Shown here: positions 7,044-16,523 of the stretch, one piece after another
Position numbering within the stretch: the stretch's first letter is position 1
How the letters are laid out: each line of letters starts with the position of its first letter
Virus record (IMG/VR): IMGVR_UViG_3300026484_000088
Source: an uncultured virus (IMG/VR IMGVR_UViG_3300026484_000088)
Taxonomy: Duplodnaviria > Heunggongvirae > Uroviricota > Caudoviricetes
DNA length: 20,000 bases
Direction: 5' to 3' (one strand)
Position numbers and translations under genes: made by a program
Notes under the pieces: generated by a model
What the model was told of the DNA's origin: nothing
Seen by the model: the letters and a program-made list of their open reading frames with translations, nothing else
Databases searched by the model: none

Positions 7044-7415
7044 ATGAATGTAGAGATAAGAAATAACTATCTATATATAAATGGTGAACTAATTAAAAGA
7101 GTAACTTCAAATTCACTTTCTCATCAAGTAATAAATTATATGATAGAAAGAGATTTTCATTTTACATCTTTAAAAATGTTTGCTGATTTATATGATTTAG
7201 AAACAGATTCAATGATACATGTAACTATTTATCAAATAAATAAAGAAACACAGAGACTATTTGGAGAAAAGTTTATACTGACATCAAAGAAAGGTATCTA
7301 TTATCCTAATCCCTGGTTCAAGACACAGAAAGAGACTATATATAAAGTAAAAATTCCTAAATCAATAGAAAAAGAATTTTTAGAAAAATATAGTCAATAT
7401 ATTATAAAAGACTAA
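7044..7415 (+). CDS. OmpR/PhoB-type winged-helix DNA-binding domain protein without receiver domain
   Basis: AAGGA before ATG 7044 (preferred to TTG 6942); SMIHVTIYQINKE…FILTSKKGIYY matches recognition helix plus wing pattern. Confidence 0.6.
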   Translation: MNVEIRNNYLYINGELIKRVTSNSLSHQVINYMIERDFHFTSLKMFADLYDLETDSMIHVTIYQINKETQRLFGEKFILTSKKGIYYPNPWFKTQKETIYKVKIPKSIEKEFLEKYSQYIIKD

Positions 7416-7417
7416 AC

Positions 7418-7897
7418 ATGAATAAAATAATTTGTTTCGATATAGATGATTGTATATTACCTCACTATAATATGCTACCTAAAAAGCATAGATTACAAAT
7501 CTTTAAGCTAAATCTTGAGAGATTAGTTCATTTATGCCAACAAACAGGAGCTAAACTGTTTATGACGTCTAGTTGGGGAATGATATTAAAACTTGATAAT
7601 GGTTACCTGACTTTTAAAGATGAATTTGATTATGGTGATGAGTTTGAACAAGAAGTTGTTGAAATTATGAACTCTTATTTGCAGCCTTACATAATAGGTG
7701 TTAGTTGTGGTGATAGAAGAGAAGATATTAAAATCCTATTACTACAAGAAAATACTCTTATTGTAGCTATAGATGATATGGATTTGTCTGATATTGAAAG
7801 GGATAATTTTAAGTATATTAAGGTTGAAACTATGATAACAGATAGACAATTAAGATATATTAAAAAAAATTTAAACAAAATTATCATAAAGGATTAA
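7418..7897 (+). CDS. HAD-superfamily phosphatase (HAD_SAK_2-like)
   Basis: Motif I CFDIDDCI, motif II MTSSW, motif IV AIDDMDL. Confidence 0.8.
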   Translation: MNKIICFDIDDCILPHYNMLPKKHRLQIFKLNLERLVHLCQQTGAKLFMTSSWGMILKLDNGYLTFKDEFDYGDEFEQEVVEIMNSYLQPYIIGVSCGDRREDIKILLLQENTLIVAIDDMDLSDIERDNFKYIKVETMITDRQLRYIKKNLNKIIIKD

Positions 7898-7898
7898 T

Positions 7899-8564
7899 AT
7901 GAATGAATGTAAAGATTGTAAATACTTTGAACCAAGTCAGAATATGTATGGAGATGGTTATTGCCATAATACAGAATGGTTATTTAATGAACCACCTGTA
8001 TATAAAGATTTTGGTTGTATTAAATTTAAACAAAAAGGAAAAGAAATGGAAAAACAAGAAATGATTAACAAATTGAGAGATATAGCTGATTCTATGGAAG
8101 AAAATGATTATTTATGTCATTCAGAAAATTTAAAACAAATTGCAGATGAATTACAAGTAACACCAAATCCTATTCAAGATATAGTTGAGTTAAATGAAAA
8201 AAGATATGGTTTAATTTTTAATTCTGAAAAAGCAATTGAAAAACTAGAAGAAGAGTTACAAGAATTTAAAGATGCAGTAAAAGATAATAATGAACATGAG
8301 ATGTTAGATGCTTTAACTGATATTAGAGTAATTGCTATTGGTGAGATTAGAAAAATGGGATATGATCCAGAGTGTACATTAAATGAAACAGTAAAAGAAA
8401 TTAGTTCAAGAAAACAAGATCCAGCACAAAAACATAGATGGGAAAGACTATTTAAAAAACAACCAGGAGAGAAATGGTTAAAAGATAAAAATCAAAGTCC
8501 AGATACTTTATATAAAGCAGATTTTAATAAATGTAAAATTGGAAATACTAATGAAAATAATTAA
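7899..8564 (+). CDS. MazG-like all-alpha NTP pyrophosphohydrolase with N-terminal Cys-rich module
   Basis: EEELQEF…EMLDALTD metal-binding pattern; CKDC…C…C N-terminus; internal SD/ATG at 8046. Confidence 0.75.
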   Translation: MNECKDCKYFEPSQNMYGDGYCHNTEWLFNEPPVYKDFGCIKFKQKGKEMEKQEMINKLRDIADSMEENDYLCHSENLKQIADELQVTPNPIQDIVELNEKRYGLIFNSEKAIEKLEEELQEFKDAVKDNNEHEMLDALTDIRVIAIGEIRKMGYDPECTLNETVKEISSRKQDPAQKHRWERLFKKQPGEKWLKDKNQSPDTLYKADFNKCKIGNTNENN

Positions 8565-8814
8565 ATGTATTAGAAAACCAATAGAATTAAAAGCTTTAGA
8601 AGTTACAAAGGCTGAATTGAAAGATTTGTTAAAGAACGGTCCAATAACAATATCAGAAGCAGATGCAGAATGGATAGCAATTGAATGTGGAGAAGATGAA
8701 ATTATTGGTTATATTGTGGGAGATATAGATAAAACTAAATCTGATTTAAAATTTATAGATAAAAAGAATTTTATGGAAGATATAGAGAAATATGAAGTAG
8801 TTAAGGAGGTGTAA
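8551..8814 (+). CDS. Hypothetical protein
   Basis: ATG 8551 after GGA; TAATG coupling to next gene. Confidence 0.7.
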   Translation: MKIIKCIRKPIELKALEVTKAELKDLLKNGPITISEADAEWIAIECGEDEIIGYIVGDIDKTKSDLKFIDKKNFMEDIEKYEVVKEV

Positions 8815-9119
8815 TGAATAAAAAATATATAGAAAAGTTAGATTATCCTTTAAATGCAGATAATCATACATTAAGTTTCTTATTTGAGAAAGTAACAGGT
8901 GGTTATAAATGTTTAGTAATTGAAACATATTACTATTCATATAGTGGTAAATTTAGTTATAGAGGACCTAAAGCTATTTATGGGGTTGAATTTATGACAA
9001 TGAGTGATCCAGAAAAAATTGAAATTAAACTAAGAGATTATAATATAAATACATTATATAAAAAATATAAGGAAAAAGATTATAAATTCTTTGAGGATAT
9101 TTTTAAAATGGAGGTGTAA
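8814..9119 (+). CDS. Hypothetical protein
   Basis: AAGGAGGT SD, overlapping stop/start. Confidence 0.75.
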   Translation: MNKKYIEKLDYPLNADNHTLSFLFEKVTGGYKCLVIETYYYSYSGKFSYRGPKAIYGVEFMTMSDPEKIEIKLRDYNINTLYKKYKEKDYKFFEDIFKMEV

Positions 9120-9120
9120 T

Positions 9121-9411
9121 ATGAGTTTTATAGAAATAAGTCCAGAAGAAAATGAACCAGAAAATAAAGAAATGAAAGATAAACTAGCAAGTGTTCATAA
9201 AGCAATAGAGATCTTAAAAGAAGATTTATATCTTCTGGATCCAAGTGAAAGAGCATTATTAGTTAAAGAATTTATAAATAAAGTATCTCCAAGAGAAATA
9301 GCTATGTCTATGTATTATGGAAATACTACAAAAGCTACTTTGATAGCAGAGTTAATTAGAAAAGAAGATCATGCTTTAATAAAAGATACATTAGATAAGG
9401 TATTAAAATGA
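9121..9411 (+). CDS. Hypothetical helical protein
   Basis: GGAGGT SD before ATG 9121 (preferred to TTG 9091). Confidence 0.75.
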   Translation: MSFIEISPEENEPENKEMKDKLASVHKAIEILKEDLYLLDPSERALLVKEFINKVSPREIAMSMYYGNTTKATLIAELIRKEDHALIKDTLDKVLK

Positions 9412-9632
9412 TGGAAATAAATGAATTATTACAGAAAATTAATAAAGCAGACTATGAAGGTCTTGAAAAAGTAATTATTTCTGTATCAGATTTAATGACA
9501 TTAAGAAGAGCTGTTATTGATATGCAAAAGAAAATAGACGGATTAGAAACTAAGTTAAGCTATACTGAAACGAAATATAACGTTTTAGTTAGTAAACATT
9601 TAAGATCTTATAAAGAATTAACAGAAATTTAA
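9408..9632 (+). CDS. Small coiled-coil hypothetical protein
   Basis: ATGA overlap; heptad-like C-terminal half. Confidence 0.7.
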   Translation: MMEINELLQKINKADYEGLEKVIISVSDLMTLRRAVIDMQKKIDGLETKLSYTETKYNVLVSKHLRSYKELTEI

Positions 9633-9642
9633 AGGAATTATT

Positions 9643-10182
9643 ATGCCTAATTGGTGTGGAAATACAATGACCATTACAGGAGAACCAGATAAAGTAAATA
9701 AGTTTATTGAAGATTTTACAAAAGAAGGATTTGCTTGTGTAGGAGATTATCCTAATATAGCAGATGAAAATGATACTGGTTGGTATGAGTGGAGAATAGC
9801 AAATTGGTCGACTAAATGGAATTTAAGTAAAGATGATATAGAGATATTACAAAATAATCCAGGCATATTTAGTGTATTTTTTTATACAGCTTGGAGAGAT
9901 CCAGAAGGATTTATTAAAAAAGCAAGTAATATATATGGAATAACTATAGAAAATAGATTTGAAGAACCTGGTATGTGTTTTTATGGTTATTATAAAGTAA
10001 TTAAAGGTATTATCAAAGAAAATTATATTATAGAGGATAGTGATTTTAAAAAACCACCAAAAGTATTAAAAAAAGTATTTGGTAGTATAGAACAAGTATA
10101 TGAATACTTTGATACTTTATTTGAAGAAGATATGACAGAAGAAATTAGAGATACAAGAAAATATTTGAAAGGATTATTATGA
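9643..10182 (+). CDS. YubB/DUF1281-like ferredoxin-fold protein
   Basis: MPNWCGN start, WYEWRIANWSTKW, FYTAW, FEEPGMCFYG signature. Confidence 0.8.
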   Translation: MPNWCGNTMTITGEPDKVNKFIEDFTKEGFACVGDYPNIADENDTGWYEWRIANWSTKWNLSKDDIEILQNNPGIFSVFFYTAWRDPEGFIKKASNIYGITIENRFEEPGMCFYGYYKVIKGIIKENYIIEDSDFKKPPKVLKKVFGSIEQVYEYFDTLFEEDMTEEIRDTRKYLKGLL

Positions 10183-10769
10183 TATTATTTAGAAAAGAAG
10201 CAAAAAAAATATTAAGAGAGCATGGGTTTAGTGAAGACTTTACAGTTAATAAAATAGATAGACATATATGGTTAGTCGGTAAATGTGGTAAACAAATAGT
10301 ACAAATAAGTGATTTAGAAGTAGGTAATAAATTAAGTAAAGCTGAGAGAGAATTACTTATTGAGGATTATTTATACCCTAATATAATTATGAAAAAAGTT
10401 AAAATTGATAGATTATTATCTATAGAACAAGCAATAGAAAATATTGATATAGAATTAGCTGGTATAGAAAAAAAAGATCAAGTATATATTGATACAGATT
10501 ATAATTATGCAAAGGCACGAAATATAGGATACATTGTTTCACAAGTTAGTGAAAAAGATAAGTATGTAGCTAAATTAAAAGAAAATTTAGATACACATGA
10601 AAGACATATAATTATGAATAATGTACCTCAAGAAGACACTTGCAATATATATAATAAATTACTTGGTAAATTACCTATTAGAACTAGAGTGTTTAATTTA
10701 TATACTGAAAAATTAAAATTAAAAAATAATATTTTAAAAATTAAAAAAGAGTTAAAAATAGTATGTTAA
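10179..10769 (+). CDS. Hypothetical protein
   Basis: 196-aa ORF, SD AAGGA, ATGA overlap. Confidence 0.75.
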   Translation: MILFRKEAKKILREHGFSEDFTVNKIDRHIWLVGKCGKQIVQISDLEVGNKLSKAERELLIEDYLYPNIIMKKVKIDRLLSIEQAIENIDIELAGIEKKDQVYIDTDYNYAKARNIGYIVSQVSEKDKYVAKLKENLDTHERHIIMNNVPQEDTCNIYNKLLGKLPIRTRVFNLYTEKLKLKNNILKIKKELKIVC

Positions 10770-11287
10770 AACTAATTTTAATTTTATTTTCTCTTTTTCT
10801 TTATGCTTCTCCATTTAAAAAAATAGATTCTTTAACTACAGAACAATATAATAATTTAATATGGATATATCAACAAGGTAAGAAATATGATTTAGAATTA
10901 TCTCTTACAGCTATTGCTTGGCAAGAAAGTCAATTTGGTAAGTATCCTATTAATTTATCTGATCCATCAGGAGGTTTATTTCATAATCTTCTTGGTTCAG
11001 TGTGTTATAGGTTAAATTTAGCTCCTAATCAATGGAACCAAAGTAGAATACTTGAAAGATTAATTAGTGATAAAAAATTTGCTTTACAACAAGCTGTAGC
11101 AGAATTATATTACTGGAAAAATTATTGGAAAGTAAGAAATAAAAAATATTTATGGAAAAGAATGATTAGTTCATATAATGGTGGGCATAAAGGAAATATA
11201 AAATACTATAAAAATATAGTAAAAAAAGTTAGATATTTAAAAAGATATTTTAAATGGTTAAATAAAAATAATCCTACTTTTAAGTAG
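10763..11287 (+). CDS. Lytic transglycosylase (SLT/lysozyme-like) with Sec signal peptide
   Basis: Signal-like MLKLILILFSLFLYA; catalytic AIAWQESQFG; SYNGG motif. Confidence 0.8.
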   Translation: MLKLILILFSLFLYASPFKKIDSLTTEQYNNLIWIYQQGKKYDLELSLTAIAWQESQFGKYPINLSDPSGGLFHNLLGSVCYRLNLAPNQWNQSRILERLISDKKFALQQAVAELYYWKNYWKVRNKKYLWKRMISSYNGGHKGNIKYYKNIVKKVRYLKRYFKWLNKNNPTFK

Positions 11288-11288
11288 G
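11273..11288 (+). terminator. Short hairpin over stop codon
   Basis: CCTACT-TTTA-AGTAGG; no strong U tract. Confidence 0.35.
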
Positions 11289-11311
11289 TAATTTAAATAC
11301 AAAGGAAATAA

Positions 11312-11851
11312 ATGGAAGAAAAAATAATCAAATGGATTAAAGAATACAAATGTTTTATTACATTTGAAGGTAATAATGAGGACAATATAGATACATATAT
11401 GTTTAGAGTAACTACTAACTTTGTTTTTAATAATGAAGAAGAAAAAACTGTTTTCATTGAGTATAGACCAGCAGAGAATATTGTAGAAATAATATTAAAA
11501 GATTTTACTATATTCTCTAAACCTCATATAGTATTCACTACAAATGACCAAGACTTAATAAGTGTATTAGAAGACGTGTTATTACCATACAAACAACACA
11601 CTTTTAATTTTGTTGATAGTGGATTTCTTATAAGAATAGATGAAGAAGAAAACTTCAAAAGAGTTAATGGGATTGTGGGGCTTAAAGAAGATTTAATGAA
11701 TAAAGCTGCAGATGAGGCTATACCCGAAATGAAAAGTTTTGTAGAAGAGTTAAAGAAAAAAATAGAAAATAAAAAAACATTCTATGTTAAAGCTACTTTA
11801 AAGTTAGAATATATAAATGATTATATGTTTATGGAAATTATTAAAGTTTAA
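11312..11851 (+). CDS. Hypothetical protein
   Basis: 179-aa ORF with AAGGA SD. Confidence 0.75.
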   Translation: MEEKIIKWIKEYKCFITFEGNNEDNIDTYMFRVTTNFVFNNEEEKTVFIEYRPAENIVEIILKDFTIFSKPHIVFTTNDQDLISVLEDVLLPYKQHTFNFVDSGFLIRIDEEENFKRVNGIVGLKEDLMNKAADEAIPEMKSFVEELKKKIENKKTFYVKATLKLEYINDYMFMEIIKV

Positions 11852-11875
11852 TAAGAATAATTAAAAGGAATATAA

Positions 11876-12229
11876 ATGTTAAATTTATCAAGTAAAGTAG
11901 AATTACTTAACGATAACTTAAATAAAATATTTAATTTAGAAATAATTAAAAAATTAAAACAAGCAAGTATTTCAGAACCAGAAGAAGAATTAGATTTAAA
12001 TCGTGGAATGTTTATGTATAAAGTAGAAATTAAACATAGATTATTTATACAAATTGTATTTGATTTATTAAATATAAATGATTTATATCATATTAAATTA
12101 GAATTCATAGATGAAAATTATGGGTTTGATAAATATAGTATAAATATACACGAATGTATTACTAAAGATATAGTTAAATGTGCTTTAGAATTACATAAAA
12201 CTATATTAAATTTATTAAATAAAAAATGA
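11876..12229 (+). CDS. Hypothetical protein
   Basis: 117-aa ORF with AAGGA SD. Confidence 0.7.
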   Translation: MLNLSSKVELLNDNLNKIFNLEIIKKLKQASISEPEEELDLNRGMFMYKVEIKHRLFIQIVFDLLNINDLYHIKLEFIDENYGFDKYSINIHECITKDIVKCALELHKTILNLLNKK

Positions 12230-12249
12230 TTATTATAGAAAGGTATAAA

Positions 12250-12687
12250 ATGAGAGAAATTAAATTTAGAATATTTGATAAAGAAGCAAAAAAGATGCTC
12301 ACTGATGGCATCTGTTTTGGATTTGGTATGAATGGGTATTATATCTTAGACTCTGATAATAGAGTTTTAAAAGGTAATATTACTTGGGTATATGGGAAGA
12401 ATTTTGTGAACATTTCTTTAGATAACTTCGTTGTTATGCGATACACAGGATTAAAAGATAAAAATGGTAAAGAAATTTATGAGGATGATCTCATTAACTA
12501 TGAAGATAATGAGCATTATGGGATTGTTACTTTTAAAAAAGGAGCATTTGGAGTAAATTATTACAATTTCGATGCGTCAGATTGCCCTTTATTTTACACT
12601 TTTTATGAACTTATACATAATAAAAAAAAGTTGTTGGTAGCAGGCAATATTTATGAGCATTCTACATTAATAAAAAAGGAAAAATAA
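12250..12687 (+). CDS. YopX family protein
   Basis: MREIKFRIFDK, YTGLKDKNGKEIYEDD, VAGNIYE; start probably 12250. Confidence 0.9.
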   Translation: MREIKFRIFDKEAKKMLTDGICFGFGMNGYYILDSDNRVLKGNITWVYGKNFVNISLDNFVVMRYTGLKDKNGKEIYEDDLINYEDNEHYGIVTFKKGAFGVNYYNFDASDCPLFYTFYELIHNKKKLLVAGNIYEHSTLIKKEK

Positions 12688-12968
12688 TGAGTGATAGTTT
12701 AGATAGAATCTCTGAACCAGTAAAGAATATAAAAAGTAGTAAATACTTATATAACGTTAAACCTTGTCATTTTAGTAATTTAACTTACAAAGGTGCTTTA
12801 AGAGAAAAAATTAGATTAGGTAAATTATTATTAAGAGAATTAAATGAAAAATCATTTAACTTATCTGGTTCAGAATATATGAATAATGAAGTTAGGTTAT
12901 TAAAAGTTGCTGATGCTATTGAATTTAATAAATTTTTATTAAATGAGTTAGATAATTGTAAGGATTAA
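12687..12968 (+). CDS. Hypothetical protein
   Basis: TAATG coupling, AAGGA SD. Confidence 0.7.
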   Translation: MSDSLDRISEPVKNIKSSKYLYNVKPCHFSNLTYKGALREKIRLGKLLLRELNEKSFNLSGSEYMNNEVRLLKVADAIEFNKFLLNELDNCKD

Positions 12969-12971
12969 ATA

Positions 12972-13583
12972 ATGGCTAGAAAAAAAACTAAACAAGAAAA
13001 ATTGTTTAAGAATGAAAAATATAAAAAAGATTTAGTTTATTTATATTTAATTTATGCTTATTTAGATATAGGTTTAAGAGAAGAAGAATGGGTAATATCT
13101 AATAAGTTTGGAGTAAATGTTATAAATGAATTAAAGTTAAAAAATCATTCAGAAAAAACTCAATTAGATATAAAGAAATTATATGCTACTACTAAAAGGA
13201 TATTTAAGTATTTAATGCAAGAAGGTGTATTTAACAATAAAAAAATTAAAGGTGATCTAATTATTAAACTTGCTGAAATTGAGATAAATAAAGCTTTTAG
13301 TGGTTATAAAGATTGTTCTATTATACCTATTTATTTAGGAATATTATTACTTATTTCTTGGCAAGAAGATGTTAAATATAAATCATTTAATATGTCATTA
13401 GATTATAATTATTTAGCTGATATAACACTTGCTATTGAAGAAGAACATCAAGAATTAAAAGAAATATTAGATAGAAGTGCTGATATAGTATATCATTTTT
13501 ATAAAAATATATATGGTGAGTATTCTTGGTTCAAAGAATCAGGTAATGTAGATTTAAAAGAATTATTTGGTAAAAAGGATTAA
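12972..13583 (+). CDS. Hypothetical helical protein
   Basis: 203-aa ORF with AAGGA SD. Confidence 0.75.
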   Translation: MARKKTKQEKLFKNEKYKKDLVYLYLIYAYLDIGLREEEWVISNKFGVNVINELKLKNHSEKTQLDIKKLYATTKRIFKYLMQEGVFNNKKIKGDLIIKLAEIEINKAFSGYKDCSIIPIYLGILLLISWQEDVKYKSFNMSLDYNYLADITLAIEEEHQELKEILDRSADIVYHFYKNIYGEYSWFKESGNVDLKELFGKKD

Positions 13584-13585
13584 AA

Positions 13586-13909
13586 ATGTTAGAAGTAGAA
13601 GCAAGAGATCCAGAAGAAGCATTTGATAATATAGATATAGAAGATGCTATTGAAGAAATGTTAGATAATGGTTCTACTACTATAGATGTAAAATTTGGAG
13701 AATGTAGACCTTATGTATATAAAGAAAGTGATGATTGTGAATGGTTTGATTTAGGAGAAATAGAAGTAACTGATAAAGACCTGAATATTGACTGGTTCGA
13801 AATAGCAAGTGATTTAAAATTAAAGTTAGAAGAATGTGAGCGTAATATGTCTAAATGTGTACAAAATATGATAACAATAAAAGAAGATAGTATAAGGAGT
13901 GAAATATGA
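13586..13909 (+). CDS. Highly acidic hypothetical protein
   Basis: 107 aa, D/E-rich; AAGGA SD. Confidence 0.7.
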   Translation: MLEVEARDPEEAFDNIDIEDAIEEMLDNGSTTIDVKFGECRPYVYKESDDCEWFDLGEIEVTDKDLNIDWFEIASDLKLKLEECERNMSKCVQNMITIKEDSIRSEI

Positions 13910-14166
13910 AAAAATTTATTTTAACTAAATTAAATGGTATAGATGAAAAAGAATATACTGCTTATAAATTACAGTGTGAAGAAACTATTGAAGCATTAAA
14001 TAAAGAAATAAATGAATTAAAAATTAATTTAGATAGACAAAGAAGAAAAATTAGTGCTTTAGAAAATGATCTTTTAATGTATAGAGATCCAGATAATTGG
14101 TATGATAAACATAAAAAGAAATTATCTATGATAGCAAGTATTACATTAAATAAAAAGGAAAAATAA
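13906..14166 (+). CDS. Coiled-coil hypothetical protein
   Basis: AAGGAG SD, coupled at both ends. Confidence 0.7.
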   Translation: MKKFILTKLNGIDEKEYTAYKLQCEETIEALNKEINELKINLDRQRRKISALENDLLMYRDPDNWYDKHKKKLSMIASITLNKKEK

Positions 14167-15134
14167 TGAAATATATAACGAATCAAACGAATATAGCTAT
14201 GCCTATTGCTCTATGGGCTGCTTATGATAACTATGATTATGATGATAGAGAAAATGTTATATCAACTACAAGTCTTTTAAATCCAACAAGAATGGTAGCA
14301 TTACAAAGATTAAATAAAGATGCTGATAAAGTAGTAGATGTATCTGATTTAATTGGTTCAAGATTAGGGAGTGCTATTCATGATTCATTTGAAAAAGTCC
14401 TTTTAAATGAGAAATATGTAAAAGATACTTTAAGAGCAATGAATTATGATGATTCTGTTATAGAAAAAGTAGTCATAAATAAAGATAATCCAGAAATAGA
14501 TGAAATACCTTTATGGATTGAACAAAGAAGTGAAAAAGCAATAGATAAATGGATTATTTCAGGTAAATATGATATGGTAGTTAATTACCAAGTACAAGAT
14601 ATAAAATCTACAAGTGTATGGACACATATGTTTGGTTCAAACGAAGATAAATATATTCAACAAATGAGTATTTATAAATGGTTGAACCAGAATAAGATAA
14701 AAAAAGATACAGGAGTGATTCATTATATTTTTACTGATTGGTCTAAACAAAAAGCTATACAAGATAGAAACTATCCACAACAAAGAGTATTAAGTAAAGA
14801 ATTTAGATTAATGTCTATGGCTCAAACTGAAAAATTTATAAAAGATAAATTAGATAAATTAAATAAAGTGTTAGAGACAGGAGAATTACCTTTATGTACT
14901 TCTGAAGAGTTATGGCAAGAACCAGATAAATGGAAATACTTTAAAAAGAAAAGTGCGAATAGAGCTACTAAAGTATATAATACTGAAGAAGAAGCTTATC
15001 AAAGATTAGCTGATGAAGGACAAGGAGAAGTAAGGCACTTTCCTGGTGGAGTAAAAAGATGTAATTATTGTTCAGTTAGAGAGTTTTGTGATCAATATAA
15101 AGAATTATATGAATTAGGACTAGTTAAAGGTTAA
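14166..15134 (+). CDS. N4 gp42-like PD-(D/E)XK nuclease (RecB/Cas4-like)
   Basis: ISTTSLL, GSAIHD, ISGKYD…QDIKSTS, C-terminal RCNYCSVREFC; N-terminus resembles the N4 core gene. Confidence 0.8.
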   Translation: MKYITNQTNIAMPIALWAAYDNYDYDDRENVISTTSLLNPTRMVALQRLNKDADKVVDVSDLIGSRLGSAIHDSFEKVLLNEKYVKDTLRAMNYDDSVIEKVVINKDNPEIDEIPLWIEQRSEKAIDKWIISGKYDMVVNYQVQDIKSTSVWTHMFGSNEDKYIQQMSIYKWLNQNKIKKDTGVIHYIFTDWSKQKAIQDRNYPQQRVLSKEFRLMSMAQTEKFIKDKLDKLNKVLETGELPLCTSEELWQEPDKWKYFKKKSANRATKVYNTEEEAYQRLADEGQGEVRHFPGGVKRCNYCSVREFCDQYKELYELGLVKG

Positions 15135-15136
15135 TT

Positions 15137-16495
15137 ATGGCTTCTAATTATTATAAAAAAGAAACTGAAGAGGATTGGATGATACTTAAAAGAGAATTTT
15201 TAGAAAAGGGAGAAAAAATGACAGAATATAAAATGACAAAGGAAGAAACAAAAGTAGGTGTTACTTTATATAATAATAAATTAACAGTTTATGGTTATAT
15301 ACATTCACAATTAATAGATAAAATGGGTAATCCTTTTAGTACTGATTTATTAGATACTTCTGTATCAGCAAGTGAAGTATTTATTATAGATTCTACTGAT
15401 AATCATATTAAACCATTAACTTTAGATGAACTTGTTACATTAAATAATGAATTACAAAAAGTTAAATCTTTAACATATACAGAAAATATAACAGCACAAA
15501 TAAATACAAGCAAACAAGTTATTGCTCAAGCTTTAAAAGAAACACCTATAACTGACTATATAGATAAAACATCAATTGATAAAGAAAGTACAAAAATACA
15601 AGCACTATTTACTGAAATGAGAGAATATAAGAAATTATTAGACGAGTATTTAGAAGAATTAAAAAAAGGTGTAAGTGGAAATATAGAAGATTATTTAGAC
15701 ACTTATTTCTTTAAAGAACATTTAATGTTACTTGGAGAAAGAGGAGCCAGTAAAACTTATACTGTAACTAAATATTTAGCAGATAAAGGTATAGAGACTG
15801 AATTTATGGGATGTCATAATGCAGTAGAAGCTATTGATTTACTTGGTTATTATATTAAAGCTCATGACGGTTCATTTGTATGGTTAGATGGTGCTTTATC
15901 AGGAGCATTTAGAAAAGCTCAATCAGGTAAAAAAGTAGTATTATTTATGGATGAAATTTTAAGAATGCCTGCTAAAGAGTTAAATATTTTAGTTGCAGCA
16001 TTAACTCCAGATGCAGAAGGATATTTTAATTTAAGAACCAACAGAATTACAAATATTAATGACGGTATTGGAGAAGTAGAATTATTAAGGGTACCAAAAG
16101 ATATGTTATGGGTAATTGCTACTACTAATATTGGTGCAGATTATGATGTAGAAGAAATTGATGTAGCATTTCAAGATAGATTTATGTCTGTAGAAGTAGA
16201 ATTAAATGAAGATGTAATTAAAAGTATCTTATATAAATACACTGAAGATGAAATAATTGTTGATAAATTAATAAATGCTTATAATAAAGTAAATATGGCA
16301 GTAGAAGCACAAGAACTAGCAAATAAATTAAATGTAAGACATTTAGTTAAAGTTATTACTTATTCTGGTTCAGATGTTAATAAAATGAAAGAAATATTAT
16401 TACACTTTGCACCTAATATTTGTAGTAGAAATATAGATGGTAAATTAAATAAAATGGATATAGAAGTATATAAAGAGATAATTAAATCTCTTTAA
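15137..16495 (+). CDS. MoxR/CbbQ-like AAA+ ATPase
   Basis: Walker A-like GERGASKT, DLLG, WLDGAL, Walker B LFMDE, ATTN sensor 1, FQDRF arginine finger; alternative start 15218 with strong SD. Confidence 0.88.
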   Translation: MASNYYKKETEEDWMILKREFLEKGEKMTEYKMTKEETKVGVTLYNNKLTVYGYIHSQLIDKMGNPFSTDLLDTSVSASEVFIIDSTDNHIKPLTLDELVTLNNELQKVKSLTYTENITAQINTSKQVIAQALKETPITDYIDKTSIDKESTKIQALFTEMREYKKLLDEYLEELKKGVSGNIEDYLDTYFFKEHLMLLGERGASKTYTVTKYLADKGIETEFMGCHNAVEAIDLLGYYIKAHDGSFVWLDGALSGAFRKAQSGKKVVLFMDEILRMPAKELNILVAALTPDAEGYFNLRTNRITNINDGIGEVELLRVPKDMLWVIATTNIGADYDVEEIDVAFQDRFMSVEVELNEDVIKSILYKYTEDEIIVDKLINAYNKVNMAVEAQELANKLNVRHLVKVITYSGSDVNKMKEILLHFAPNICSRNIDGKLNKMDIEVYKEIIKSL

Positions 16496-16523
16496 TACTT
16501 TAACTTAAATGTAAAGGAAAAAG

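Noticed and set aside
7687..7887. Minus-strand 66-aa ORF
   Set aside because: Shadow of the HAD gene; hydrophobicity reflects the A-rich sense strand
8746..8940. Minus-strand 64-aa ORF
   Set aside because: Antisense to two coupled genes with strong SDs
13777..13787. AGACCTGAATA, 11-nt match to pseudoknot copy A
   Set aside because: Inside a CDS and lacks GTCT, TAAAAC and the second stem partner
13962..14186. Minus-strand 74-aa ORF
   Set aside because: Shadow of coupled + strand genes
14166..15134. Cas4 as part of a CRISPR system
   Set aside because: No repeat-spacer array or other cas genes; matches an N4 core nuclease
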